Shown here: positions 25,823 through 38,260 of the stretch, one piece after another | Position numbering within the stretch: the first letter of the stretch is position 1 | Layout of the letters: each line of letters begins with the position of its first letter | Assembly: GCF_037042905.1 (NCBI RefSeq) | Contig: NC_087250.1 | Span: 14,634,001 to 14,698,000 of the forward strand | Length of the DNA: 64,000 nt | Direction: 5' to 3' | Source: Lytechinus pictus | Lineage: Eukaryota | The notes under the pieces: model-generated | What the model was told of the DNA's origin: nothing | The model's input: the letters and a program-made list of their open reading frames with translations, nothing else | The model's database searches: none | Program-made: the position numbers and the translations under genes

Positions 25823-26458
25823 TACATTTTGACTGATGACCTTTTTTTTTGGGGGGGGGGGGGGGCTTGTCAATTCTTTTGCCAAAAAAGAGGAGCCGAA
25901 CTCTTATTGAAAACCCTGGCCACGGGGCTGGACAAGTTGTCAGATTTGACAACTTTCCTTGATTTTTGATTGGCTGCAATTTTGCTATGGTAACTGTTGG
26001 ATATAACGTCTAACGATGCGAGTCCTTTGATAAACTCCCCAGACGACAAAATTTTGCGAGATAGCAAAGCGAGAAAGCCGACAAATAATTAGTATTTAAA
26101 TCAAACTTGTGCGAAGAGAGAGCCGATTTTAATTTCGATATGACCCGAAAAGAGACAATTTCAAGTATACCGTTTATTCATGAACAGGATACGTGTAAGT
26201 CTGTCACTAAATAAAAAATATGTGGGCGAAGCGCAAGCTAAATTGACAACGGGAGATTTCAAGCTCCGTTAAAATTCATGGAGAGGATAAAGAATAATAA
26301 GTGCACATATTAAGTGTCCTGATGATGAAAACTATCTCACTAAACAAATAATGCCGGCGCGAAACGCGAGCTGAAGTTTTTTTATTTGTTGACTTGAAAA
26401 TGATAATTTCAAGCACGTTTATTCTATTCAGGTCTGAAACGAGGCATTTCAATCACTT

Positions 26459-28204
26459 CACTGGCGTAAATCCGTGTTGAGGGGTGGGGGGGGGGATGAC
26501 TGAAATATTTTGGCATTTTTTTTGCAATCATGTTTTTAGATATGCAAGGAATTGTAATTGATATGTCCACAGTGGCGTACCATGGCCGGGGTCACGGCAT
26601 TGTGGGGGCACCAGCAAAATTTTTGAATCACTGATTGAGCGCGCGAAGCGCGCTCAGTTGCTAGTTATTCTGACCTAATAGAGACATTTTAAGGACAATG
26701 TCATTGAACGGATATGTATCTCACTGATCAAATAATGCGAGCGCGAAGCGCGAGCTGAATTATTTTTATATTCACACCCAAAAAGGGACATTATAATCAA
26801 ATTTGAGTAATCATAATAGGTACCTGTCTCGCTAAACAATGCGAGCGCGAAGCGCGAGCTGAAATTTTCGTATATTTTGACCCCAAACAGCGAGATTTTA
26901 AGGAATATATTTTAGGAATCCATTAAGAGTATGCATATCTCACCATAGTCATCTAATGCGAGTGCCAAGCGCTTGCTGATTTTATTAGAATTACATCTGA
27001 ACACATGAAACACTTTTTGTAGTCATTGCAATCATGATTATCATACGCATCTCACTAATCAAATATTGCGAGCGTGAAGCGTGAGCAGAAAATTTAGATA
27101 AGTTAGATAATTCAGACCTGACGTGGGGCATTCTAAGGTTTCTTTGTAGGAATTAACTTGGACCATACGTATTTCATTAACCAAATGATGCGAGTGCGAA
27201 GCGCGAGCTGAAAATGTTTGATATTCAGATCAGAAAAAGGGACATTTTAAGGACTGATTTTAGGAATTCATGAAGAGCAGATATATCTCACCAATCCACT
27301 AATGCGAACGTAATCACGGACAGGAAATGTTTTTATATATACGAAGACCTTAACATGGGGCAATCACTTTTTGAGTCATGTAAAAGAAGCATAGGCCTTT
27401 GTCACTACATAAAACAATGATAACTCAAGTGCTAGGAAATATATTTGGTTTATATTGACTTGAAAACGGGATGTTTTAGTACAACAGGATTATATATCTC
27501 GTTGAACAGACAATGCGAGCACCAGGAACAATGGAGACTTAGGCCCTGGGCAAATTATTTTTCATAAAGTTATGATAAAAATGTTTCTTATGTTATGTAA
27601 CATAACATAATTATAATATAATATAACATTATAATGAATAATACTTTCTTCTTTCCCACTACGTTTCTTTTCCTTTCTCCCTCTTTTCTCTTTTTCCCCA
27701 TTTCCCCGGGGTTTTTTTGTCAGCCGATGGGGGGGAGCATGTGCCTCCCATGCCCCCCCCCCGTAGTTACGCCACTGTATGTCCATATGGCAAATACCCC
27801 TCCAATATTATTATCTTTTTACCCCATGATGGTTTAATGGTTTTATTAGAGATTACATTAAAAAAAATTTGACATTCCATCTTAATCCCTTCCCAAAGAC
27901 CCCAACATTGATGAATTGGAAGAAACGGGGGTTTCTCTTCAATGTTATAATAAGGACATAAGTATTTCGTTTGGAAATGGTGAACTGGCTCTTTATTTGC
28001 ATTTTATGATTCAATGATATTGTTTTATTTGTTAAGCGGTATTTTAGGAAGAATTTTCACCAATAAAACAATTATCTCTTGTGATTTTTTTTTATTTCTT
28101 TCGTAAAAAGTGGGGGGGGGGGGATGATTGTACAGGCCATCCCCCCTCCTCGAAAAGTGGGGGGGGGGGGGATATATCCCCCCCCCCCCGGATTTACGCC
28201 AGTG
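26459..28204. mobile_element. CACTGGCG-terminated element containing a nested hAT-like element
   Basis: CACTGGCGTAAATCCG ... CGGATTTACGCCAGTG is a perfect 16-bp TIR. Confidence 0.85.
26570..27777. mobile_element. hAT-like non-autonomous element with 8-bp TSD
   Basis: TATGTCCA|CAGTGGCGTA ... TACGCCACTG|TATGTCCA, with internal ~100-120 bp repeats carrying GCGAGCGCGAAGCGCGAGC. Confidence 0.9.
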
Positions 28205-28456
28205 ATTTCAATAACTTTTTTTTGTAATCGTGAACAGGATGATAATTTATTATAAATAAACTAAGAAAAGTGCAAAGCGTCGACCTCTTCTCTGATATAT
28301 TTACCTGAAAGGGAATATTCAAACCATCGTTTGATACACGAAGAGGATACCCCAACAGATAATGCGAGCATGAAGAACGAGTCGAATTGTTGTTATATAG
28401 TTACTACCATGATAAGGGACATTTCAAGCACTGTTTGATTGATGGAACAGGATAAG

Positions 28457-28707
28457 CATGGCCGTACCCATGATTTTTTTTCCGGGGGGGGGGGCAAACG
28501 CGTAATTCTTTTAAAAATAAACTCAAACGCGAGGGAGCAAAGAAACCGAGTTTGTCTTAGGAAAGTTTTTGCATTTTCCAGAGTAAATTAAAAGGATTTC
28601 CTGCACCCTTTTGGTGAATTCTTTGAAAATTTTCAATAAGAAAAAGTAAGTCATCCAAACTTCGGGGGGGGGGGGGGGCAACTGCCCATCCGCTGCGTAC
28701 GGCCATG
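28457..28707. mobile_element. hAT-like MITE with 8-bp TSD (7/8 match)
   Basis: AGGATAAG|CATGGCCGTAC ... GTACGGCCATG|AAGATAAG. Confidence 0.8.
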
Positions 28708-29799
28708 AAGATAAGTATCCTACTAAACAACAGTGCGAAGCGCGAGCTTATACATTTCCTTTGATAGGAATCGGGACATCATGCATCGTTTGAATTCATG
28801 AAGACGATAAGTATGCCCTATATTACTAGGTAATGCCAACACCGAATATTTTTGTTTTATCTGCTGATCAGAAAACGGGCCATTTCAAGCACATTTGATT
28901 TTGTAATCGTAAACAGGACACGTTTCCTTAATTAAACACACAATACGAGCGCGACTGAAGCGCGAGCCGATTCTTGTTGGTATCTTGAACTTTACAAAAT
29001 TATTTTTAATCACTTTTATTGTGCGATACGTTTTGCATGATTATGACTGTTTCTAAATTGATATCATGATCATTAGGAATAATGCAAGCACGAAGCGCGG
29101 GCTTAATTTAAGTCAGCTTGATTTATGGACCTTAAAACGAGCATTACTGATCAGCACGTTTTGTTATAAGTTCGATAATATTAACTACATGTCTTTGAAT
29201 AAATCGGGCCAAATTGACATTTTGGGGGCTATTTTTATGAACAGATAGCTGTATTTAACATATTTCAGTAAATAAGTAAATACAAGCCCGAAACATGAGC
29301 TACATTTTTGTTATAAAATGTGACAATCAAAACACGTTTTTATTGTAACCAGGAACAACATGTATATCTTACAAAAATTATATACTCTTAGAATAGTTGG
29401 GGGAAAATGCCCAACTTTTAACCAACCCTGGACAACATACTGTCCACACAATTATTGGTTAAAATCTGCCCAAATTGGGTAATAAAAACTAATAATATTT
29501 GGGTAATAAATTTGCACAATATTTGATAATAATTGCCCAGAATTTATATTTCTTACCAACATACATTACCCAACACAGTGGACAGTATGCTGCCCAACAG
29601 TTTTAAGTGTGTATAAATTTTGAAGTTCAAAATAAACTATATTGACTTGAAAATGAGACATCCAATTGCAGATCGGACCATCAATTCGGTACCAAAACTA
29701 AACTTAAACATCAAATTGAAATGACTACAGTGCCAATTTAGACATCCCACTACGCTAATTTCGATGAAAAAGATGTAAAACAGACATTGCGAACAATGG

Positions 29800-30512
29800 G
29801 GGCAATAATAATTCATGCCCATATTCTTTTAAAATTATGAAGTATCTTGTAAATTTTTGAAATAAAATTTGACTTTGACAATCTGGAAATGTTTAAAAAA
29901 GGAATTACATTAGGTGCCCTCAAATATCGGTCTCTAGTTTGCTTTCATCCCTTCATTGTTTTTACATGCCTTCATATACTGAGAGGATGAGAGGGTTTGC
30001 GGGACAAGCTTGGTCGCTTCGCTCCAAATTTTAAGCGGGCAATAATAATTCATGCCCATATTCTTTTAAAATTATGAAGTATCTTGTAAATTTTTGAAAT
30101 AAAATTTGACTTTGACAATCTGGAAATGTTTAAAAAAGGAATTACATTAGGTGCCCTCAAATATCGGTCTCTATAGTTTGCTTTCATCCCTTCATTGTTT
30201 TTACATGCCTTCATATACCGAGAGGATGAGAGGGTTTGCGGGACAAGCTTGGTCGCTTCGCTCCAAATTTTAAGCGGGCAATAATAATTCATGCCCATAT
30301 TCTTTTTAAATTATGAAGTATCTTGTAAATTTTTGAAATAAAATTTGACTTTGACAATCTGGAAATGTTTAAAAAAGGAATTACATTAGGTGCCCTCAAA
30401 TATCGGTCTCTAGTTTGCTTTCATCCCTTCATTGTTTTTACATGCCTTCATATACCGAGAGGATGAGAGGGTTTGCGGGGCAAGCTTGGTCGCTTCGCTC
30501 CAAATTTTAAGC
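29800..30512. repeat. Three near-identical tandem copies of a ~237-239 bp unit
   Basis: The unit starts GGGCAATAATAATTCATGCCC at about 29800, 30037 and 30276. Confidence 0.95.
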
Positions 30513-32029
30513 GTCGTGCCCACCCCATCCCGCCCCCCCCCCACCTGCAGCAGATTTCTACGACCATGCAGCCAACCCTCATGTTCAGCCCCGGTGTTCA
30601 ATTGTTTCTTCCTTGAATGAATATTATCTAGGAATTAATTGAGACTATACAAACTGAACAGAATTAGGACAGGCGCAATACTGAGATTAAAGTAGACATA
30701 ATTGCTGGTATACTGCAAGCTTTTAAACCACATTTCCTTTTAATGTAGCAAAGGCTATTATAATTGTGAAATTTGAAAAGAATCCGATTAACTAAACTAA
30801 AACCCGAATGTTCCATTGATGAGTATATCAAGGAATGGCGCCAGGCATCGGGATATTGTGACAGGTGGGGGGGGGGGGGGGGGACGGGGAGGGCTTGGGT
30901 GTTTGAGGGGGGGGGGGTTAAGGTGACGCAATTTTCTCAATTGATAAGCGGATTGTTCAAAATAACCACTCTGTTTGTGATCGAAAAAAAATTGTCGTAA
31001 TCAACCAATTTTTGGGGGTCAGAATAAGCGCGAAACCATGCATGCATGTTTATCGAAAGGACGGATATTCATTAAAAAGTTAGTTATTTGACCATGCTAT
31101 TAAGTTACAAGACAAAAATCTCTATTGTTTTAAATATTCCTTTTATGATTATTCTTATTTTTTCTTTCTTCCCATTTTTATTATGTCCCCCACTTTCCTT
31201 TCTATATTTTAACGTCTTGGAACTATTTTGAAAAAAGAAGACAATTGTACAAATTTTGTTTGCCCCCACCCCAGGCGTCATCAAGGGGTGTGATGGCTGG
31301 TGTTTGCATTTTTTTTTTTTTTGGGGGGGGGGGTCAAAATTATTTTGGCGGGAAAATCGAAAATGTGTTGACTATTTTCTGTTTTTTTTTTATACTCGAT
31401 TGTCAAAAATTTTCTGAACATAAAGAGGGCCCCTTTGGTCCCTACTTAATTTATTGTTTGATTTGTTTCTTTGATTTTATTATACTGCGTTCAAAATAAT
31501 ACAATATCAAACGCGACATAAACAAAATAATCTATAACATAATCAATATATTCATAATGAATACAAAATAACGATATGAGCATAAATTAGATTTTTAAAA
31601 ATAATAATCATGATAAAAAAAAATCATGAACGCAAGAGACCGCGCCATCGTGAGCGGTAAACTTGAACATCCTAAAAAAATTATGATAATCGAAAACGCA
31701 CCTATCTTTAAGTGTTTTCATATTTTTTTTCAAATGAAATGTTTGGATAAGATCATCCATGCGTGGATCTATGCCCGGGAATACCTCCCCCCGGCCCTTT
31801 TTAATCTATCATACTAATATTGACTATTGTACCCATTTCCTAGAAAACTATTTGATCTGAAAAAAATACTGTGGAGTGTGGAGTAGAAAACCGATAGCAA
31901 GCCAAGTTTGTGGTAGAACCGTATATAACTTTTTACCTCTGTCAAAATTGAGATCATAAATCTTGTTTGAAACAAAAACGTGGGAAAACTATTGTTGAGG
32001 CGATCCCTAATCGGGTATCCACCATCTCT

Positions 32030-32200
32030 ACACAGTACAATGTCAACACAGACACACAGACGAATATCCCGCTAAAAAGACGTGCATTGATTGATCGAAG
32101 GCGTGTACACATTTGACTGACCTGGGCCTGGAAGTTATTTTTTCGTCTGGATCTGGAATTCCGTGAGGAAACACACCCAAATTACCATGGTAACGTTGGA
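32030..32200 (+). promoter_or_regulatory. Candidate promoter / non-coding first exon of the downstream gene
   Basis: Non-repetitive CpG-containing patch with an ETS-like CTGGAAGT, an RFX X-box-like ATTACCATGGTAAC (32181-32194) and a possible donor G|GTAACG. It lies just before the switch to CpG-poor DNA. Confidence 0.35.
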
Positions 32201-32862
32201 AAACCCCGATTTTAACTATCGAATTCCGTAGATCTGAATATTGGCATGTTGAGTGTGGGTGAATTAAGTGATGTCACTCTTTGAAATGCTGTTTTAATGA
32301 AAGTTTAATAAAAACTTTGTTTTGTTGGTGCGTGCAGTTTACAGTGGGTAATCAGTAGCTTGCGGTAGCTCTAACCTGTTGTGTGCCTAGCCTGTCGGCG
32401 TGGCGGGGTTGTTGAATGGCCGATGCATGGCAATATCGCTGTCACTGTCAATTTAAACCAATTTACTTGTGTACGCTTGTGCTTTGAGATATGTGTATAA
32501 CGATAAAGCGAAATCTGAACAGAGGTTACATTTGTAGTAGTTTCAGAGTAAATGATAAGGCCACTAACTTTAGATCTCCAGGTCATCACAGACATCTGAG
32601 CTGAGTCTATCTTTTGAAACTAGATCTACGGTATAGACTTGAAAGTGAACTGAATAAAGGATGATTAATGGAATTGGCCTGGATAGGCAATTGAAATTTG
32701 ATTGGGAAGTTTAGATTGGACGGTGTGACTGTGTGATGAATGAATTTGATAAAAGTGAATGAAAGAATTTTGCAACTACCGGTACATGTACTACTATTGT
32801 TGATTTAACATTAAAACTTTCAAGTACATTTGTCAATAAAGTCAGAAACTTGTGTACATGTT

Positions 32863-33068
32863 CAGTGGTGCTCAAAAGTTAGTGAACTTCACCTGAAAAT
32901 AAATATTTAAAGTGTTCAAGTTCTGCCATGTTTTAGATATTTAATCGTGAGGTCAGGTGCGAAAATACATGTAGTGTTGTCTATAAAGACTATACCGGTA
33001 CTTTGGGTTTCACCACTCATCCTACGAATGAGGTTATAATGGGTTTCACTAACTTTTGAGCACACCTG
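32863..33068. mobile_element. Tc1/mariner-like MITE
   Basis: CAGTGGTGCTCAAAAGTTAGTGAA ... TTCACTAACTTTTGAGCACACCTG|TA. Confidence 0.75.
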
Positions 33069-33862
33069 TAGGTCGGCAGAAATAAATACTGGTATCAATG
33101 CATGCTTTTTGTACTGTAATTTGAAAAGTTGAATACTCTTTTTATGCAGTTAAAAAAAATTATCCTTTAAAACATATTTTTGCACCTCCGTTGACTGTAT
33201 AATGCCTCAAACCACAATGTTATTGTATCTTTTTTCTTCCAAAAGCCTTTCTTTGACTAGCTATTCTTCTTGACTTTACTCCTCAACGTCCCGTATCAGG
33301 AACCACCCAATTGATTAATATTGATTTTCTTTTGCAAACAAATCAATTAAATAATTGTTCACAGCTGAGTAGTTGTTGGAATGCTGGCACAAAGGTTAAA
33401 CACATACATCCCATTGACATTAATGTAGGCTACCTTGAGAGCAGGGTTTTAGTTCGTTTTAAGTGCCACTTTTAGGATTGGAAATTCGCATTGCGCCACT
33501 ATCCAATGTTGCGTTACTTGCGTAGTGAGTGAAGGGGGGGGGGGGTGTAGGGGTCTGTTAAGCTTCAGGGGGCATGGTGGGGGTCAAGGGAGTGGAGCCT
33601 GGAGCGCCCACCCCAAGCTCAAATTTATCCTTTGTTCAAAACTGTCATAACAACAATAATACAAATTTAGCACATGTACATGTACAGCATGCATACACTA
33701 TATTTCTCTTAAATTGTAGTCTGGAATTTTAGTCAACTAGCGTGTTTGGATAAACCATGCACAGTCCTGCAAGCCATCACAAACACAGGGCAAAGATATT
33801 CTACCCCTCTTGTATTTTTCTTGCATTGTCTTGAAACTGAATACTCTGTTGTGTATTATTAA

Positions 33863-34477
33863 AATGATGGTCCGGGCTGAAAATATTTATATCTAAATAA
33901 ATAGAGTAAAATTCACAGAGTAAAATGCTGAAAATTTCATCAAAATTGGATAACAAATATTGAAGTTATTGAATTTTAAAGTTTATCAATATTGAGTGAA
34001 AACAGTGATATGCACACCGTCAAGAATATTCATTAGGTGGGCTGATGATGTCACATCCCACTTTCTTTTTTCTTATGTTATTACATGAAATCATACATGT
34101 AAATGTTTCATTTGTTCATACATGTGTAAATGATGTGTCTCCATTATGATCAAATAAGTTGCGGCAGTAAATAACTAATGCACTTACATGTAATCAGTTG
34201 TCAACCCAATTGTTTTAGTTCTTATTAGAAAAATTTGGAATAAACCTAATTTCATGAAATAAAATACAAAAGAACCAGTGGGGATATGACATCATCAGCC
34301 CACCTAATGAATATTCATAAAGACATGCCTAGAACTGTTTCACCGTAATAATGCAAATCTTTAAAATTCAATAACTTTGTTATTTGTTATCCGATTTTGA
34401 TCAAATTTTCAGCATTTTGCTTTGTGAATTTTACTCTATTTATCGAGGTATAAATAGCTACAGCCTGGACCATCCCT
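33863..34477. mobile_element. Kolobok-type MITE
   Basis: TTAA|AATGATGGTCCGGGCTG ... CAGCCTGGACCATCCCT|TTAA, with long inverted arms. Confidence 0.85.
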
Positions 34478-34531
34478 TTAAAACCAAAAGGATCTATTTC
34501 TAGTACTGCATGTTAAATGTTCCATTTTTAA

Positions 34532-35105
34532 AGGTCAAGTCCACCCCAGGATAATGCTGACTTGAATAAATAGATAAAAATCAAACTAGTATAGTGCTGA
34601 AAATTTCATCAAAATCGGATGTAAAATAAGAAAGTTATGACATTTTAAAGTTTCGCTTATTTTCACAAAACAGTGATATGCACAACTAGGTGAGTCAGTC
34701 GATGATGTCCATCACTCACTATTTCTTTGTTTTTTATTGTTTGAATTATACAATATTGCATTTTTTATAGATTTGACAATAGGGACCAACTTGACTGAAC
34801 CATAGAGTATTCAATAATGCTAATTCCATATGTTCAGGGAGGAATTAATTGTTGTATCACTTGACAATGAGGAGAAAATTAGAATATTTCATATTTCATA
34901 TTTATTAAAATACAAAAGAAATAGTGAGTTGATGACGTCATCAGTCTCCTCATTTGCATATAACTGTTTTGTGAAACTAAGTGAAACTTTAAAATTTCAT
35001 AACTTTCTTATTTTACATCCGATTTTAATGAAATTTTCAGTGTTATGCTTGTTGGATTTTTCTCTTTTTATTCAAATCAACTTTTTGTTGGGGTGGACTT
35101 GTCCT
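34532..35105. mobile_element. Kolobok-type MITE
   Basis: TTAA|AGGTCAAGTCCACCCCA ... TGGGGTGGACTTGTCCT|TTAA. Confidence 0.88.
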
Positions 35106-35189
35106 TTAATGTGAATTTCATAGATACCCAAAGAGTTTGCTATTTCAAATATTTTTTTCCATGTACACTTTTTACCATTAACTGCAAAT

Positions 35190-35640
35190 TCCATGGATCC
35201 CTGCCTACAGTGTACATGTATGCTCTGAATGACTTTTGAACCTTTCTGATGAATAGGCAAAATTATATCCCTGGTTCCCTGCCTATGCCTCCATCGCTCT
35301 ATATATCATTTGAATTTTTCTGGTGAATAGTCAATTAGTCAGAATTATCTTCCTGGCTCCCTGCCTACATGTATATGCCTCCATGTATCTGAACTTTTCT
35401 GGTGAATAGTCAATATTATCTCCCCATTTTCCTGCCTACAAATGTACATGTATGACTCCATTATCATTTAATCTTTTCTTGTGAATAGTCAAAATTGTCT
35501 CCCCAGTTCCCTGCCTATGCCTCCATGTATAATTTGAACTTTTCTGGTGAATAGTCAAAATTATCTCCCCAGTTCCCTGCCTATGCCTCCATGTATCATT
35601 TGAACTTTTCTGGTGAATAGTCAATATTATCTCCTCAGTT
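35190..35640. repeat. ~65-75 bp tandem repeat, about 6-7 degenerate units
   Basis: TTCCCTGCCTATGCCTCCATGTAT...GAACTTTTCTGGTGAATAGTCAA. Confidence 0.9.
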
Positions 35641-36491
35641 CATTGTAGAGTAGCAATTGCACAGTGACAGTATGTAATCACAGGTTGATAATACATGCCA
35701 TATTTTGTGCTACTCCTAGCATATGACCCAAACTTTATCTTTGTTTTTATTACACTTTGTAGATTAAAAGGTGACATTTTGGCAGAATGCCTCGGTTGAA
35801 GTCAGTTCCCTATGAGCTTTCAGATTTTACTGGTACTTTTTTGGTTTTGTTTATTAGAGCAGCAGGTCCAAACAGTAGCTCTGTATAACATTCTTTGTGA
35901 ATTATTGAGCGTGACAACAATGCAAATTCTTTGAACTTGCTTGGTGAATAGACAATACTATTTCACGGTCAATGCAATGTAGGTAGTGGTTTATAAAATG
36001 GCAATAAACCTGTAATAATATGGATTTTTTTTTAGTGGGGAGGGGTGGTGACGATTGATTGATTTTGACATATTCTGAATATGTAAACTGCAGTTGGCTA
36101 TGACCTCATTGTTTTTTGTTTACATTTTTCCAAGTCTGTACCTGCAAATGTGGAATGTGTTTGTTATGTTTCATTCTATGCAATATACACTGCACTGTAA
36201 TCATTACATACTTTTTATCCACAGTACTCAAATGTACAGCTTGAGAAATAATCATTAGACGATGACCGTGTGAGAGCTTTTGTACGAAAGTGGTCTTATT
36301 TATCATTTCTGAAACTTGTATACATGTACAGTGTATTTGTAAGTGGGTGTGTACCAGAGGTACAATTTAAAGGGGAAATTCACCCTGATGATAAAAAGTT
36401 GGTTTTGTAAAAAGCTGAAAAAATAGGAAAATGTTGGGGAAGGTTTGATGAAAAACTGTCAAAGAATATAGAAGAATGGGTATCTAACACT

Positions 36492-36778
36492 TAATAATAA
36501 TAATAATAGGCATTTATATAGCGCCATCTATCTAGAAATATTCTATTCCGAGGCGCATTATTATTATTATTATTACCCCGGCTTTAGCTCGAGCTGCCTT
36601 TCAGCGCTCATGCATTCAAGGAATTAATCCTGCTGGGTACCCATTCACCTCACCTGGGTTGAGTGCAGCACAATGTGGATAAATTTCTTGCTGAAGGAAA
36701 TTACGCCATGGCTGGGATTCGAACCCACGACCCTCTGTTTCAAAGTCAGAGGACTAATCCACTAGGCCACAACGCTCC
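36492..36778 (-). mobile_element. tRNA-derived SINE, same family as 15094
   Basis: A/B boxes and (ATT)n tail on the minus strand; colinear with 15094-15379. Confidence 0.9.
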
Positions 36779-37913
36779 ACTTATCAACATGTATAGTAAA
36801 GCAGTGCAGGATGCATTGTTGCCCCCCAAAAACTTTAAAAACAATTGTATTCACTTTTTAAAGATGATCCCTTACTCCAATGAATGGAGAGGGCAGTATA
36901 CTTTCATGGTCATGGCATTTATATTTTTTTCTCCCACTTTGCCCCCCCCCCCCAGAATCTGAACGACCTATGTAGAGTTTATAATGCAGATCTTTCTGGA
37001 GATCAATTCTAATATATTTTTGCAACTGGTGCCAACAGGAGTGAAATGACATTAAAAAACTTTTTTTCTTAAAAAAAAACATAAACACTCTACATGTATC
37101 ACCATCATCTGTGTTAGTACATGTACATGTAGCTCCATGCTTGTAGAGTGCTTTCCAGAATTTAATAGGGTGTATATCACGCTAAACCTTTTTTTACATC
37201 AAATACAAACATGTTTGTCACCTCTTGATAATCTATGGATTACCAGGGATTAAGATAATCTCATCCCATTATCCTTTTATTGTCAGCCATTCAGCCGAAT
37301 ATCCTCAATGACTCAATTTTGTTCTCCTTTTCTTTCTTATTACCCCCTCTTTTGATAATGATGCTTGATAGATACTCTGGAGCCAAGTGTTGTATGAAAA
37401 TTCAAAATAAGAAGTGCTGTTTTGAAAAGTCTCTCTTCAAAATCTGTTTGGAAAGAAAACAAGAGCCCTTTTTGTTAATGCTTTCCCTTAAAAAACTGAG
37501 ATCACAGTTCAGTTTCTGGAAATGTTTGCTAAATTCTGAGTTGTTGTTCGTCCTTGAAGTTAAGACTGAAATATGGATTATTTTTCTCAAAATATATTTC
37601 TTTCTTTCTTGTACTTTGTTTCTTCTTTCTTTAACAAATATAACAAATATTGGCGAAGGTTTGAGAAAAATCAAAGAATAAAGAAGTTATTAGAATTTTA
37701 ATTATTTGATTTGTGACGTCATTTATGTGAGCAGCCTTCCTACATATCATATGGTAAAAAAAATCAATGAAATATCATTTTCTTATAAAATTGAAAATGG
37801 TTTTTATTGTACCTTCAGAATATCAATTCACAAATCACTTCACACCCGTTTCTAAAAAAAAAAAAAAAAAATAAGTCATCATGAATTGAAAACTGAAATT
37901 TATGCATTTTAGT

Positions 37914-38260
37914 GGAAGCGCCGTGGTGTAGCGGTTCTGACTCTCGCCTTGTAATCAGAGGGTCGTGTGTTCGAATCCCACCATGGCCTAGCGTCCTTTG
38001 GCAAGGCGTCAATCTACAATTTGCCACTCTCCACCCAGGTGTTAAATGGGTACCCAGTAGGATGCGGAAGCCTATGTAGTATGCCTAGCAATTGAGTCTT
38101 GGAACTCTTGTTGGAATGCTCCCCAGGGAGTGGAAAAGGTGCATACATTGTATGGGGGCATGCAAGGATCCGATGACCGGGGTAATAATGTATCTGTAAA
38201 GAGAGACGTCGTTCTGATGTGTTAAGAGCTATATAAACGCGGAATATTATTATTATTATT
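37914..38260 (+). mobile_element. tRNA-derived SINE (second family) inserted in a Kolobok MITE; 3' half also at 59305-59460
   Basis: A box TGGTGTAGCGG, B box GTTCGAATCC, CCACCCAGGTGTTAAATGGGTACC and an (ATT)n tail. Confidence 0.88.
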
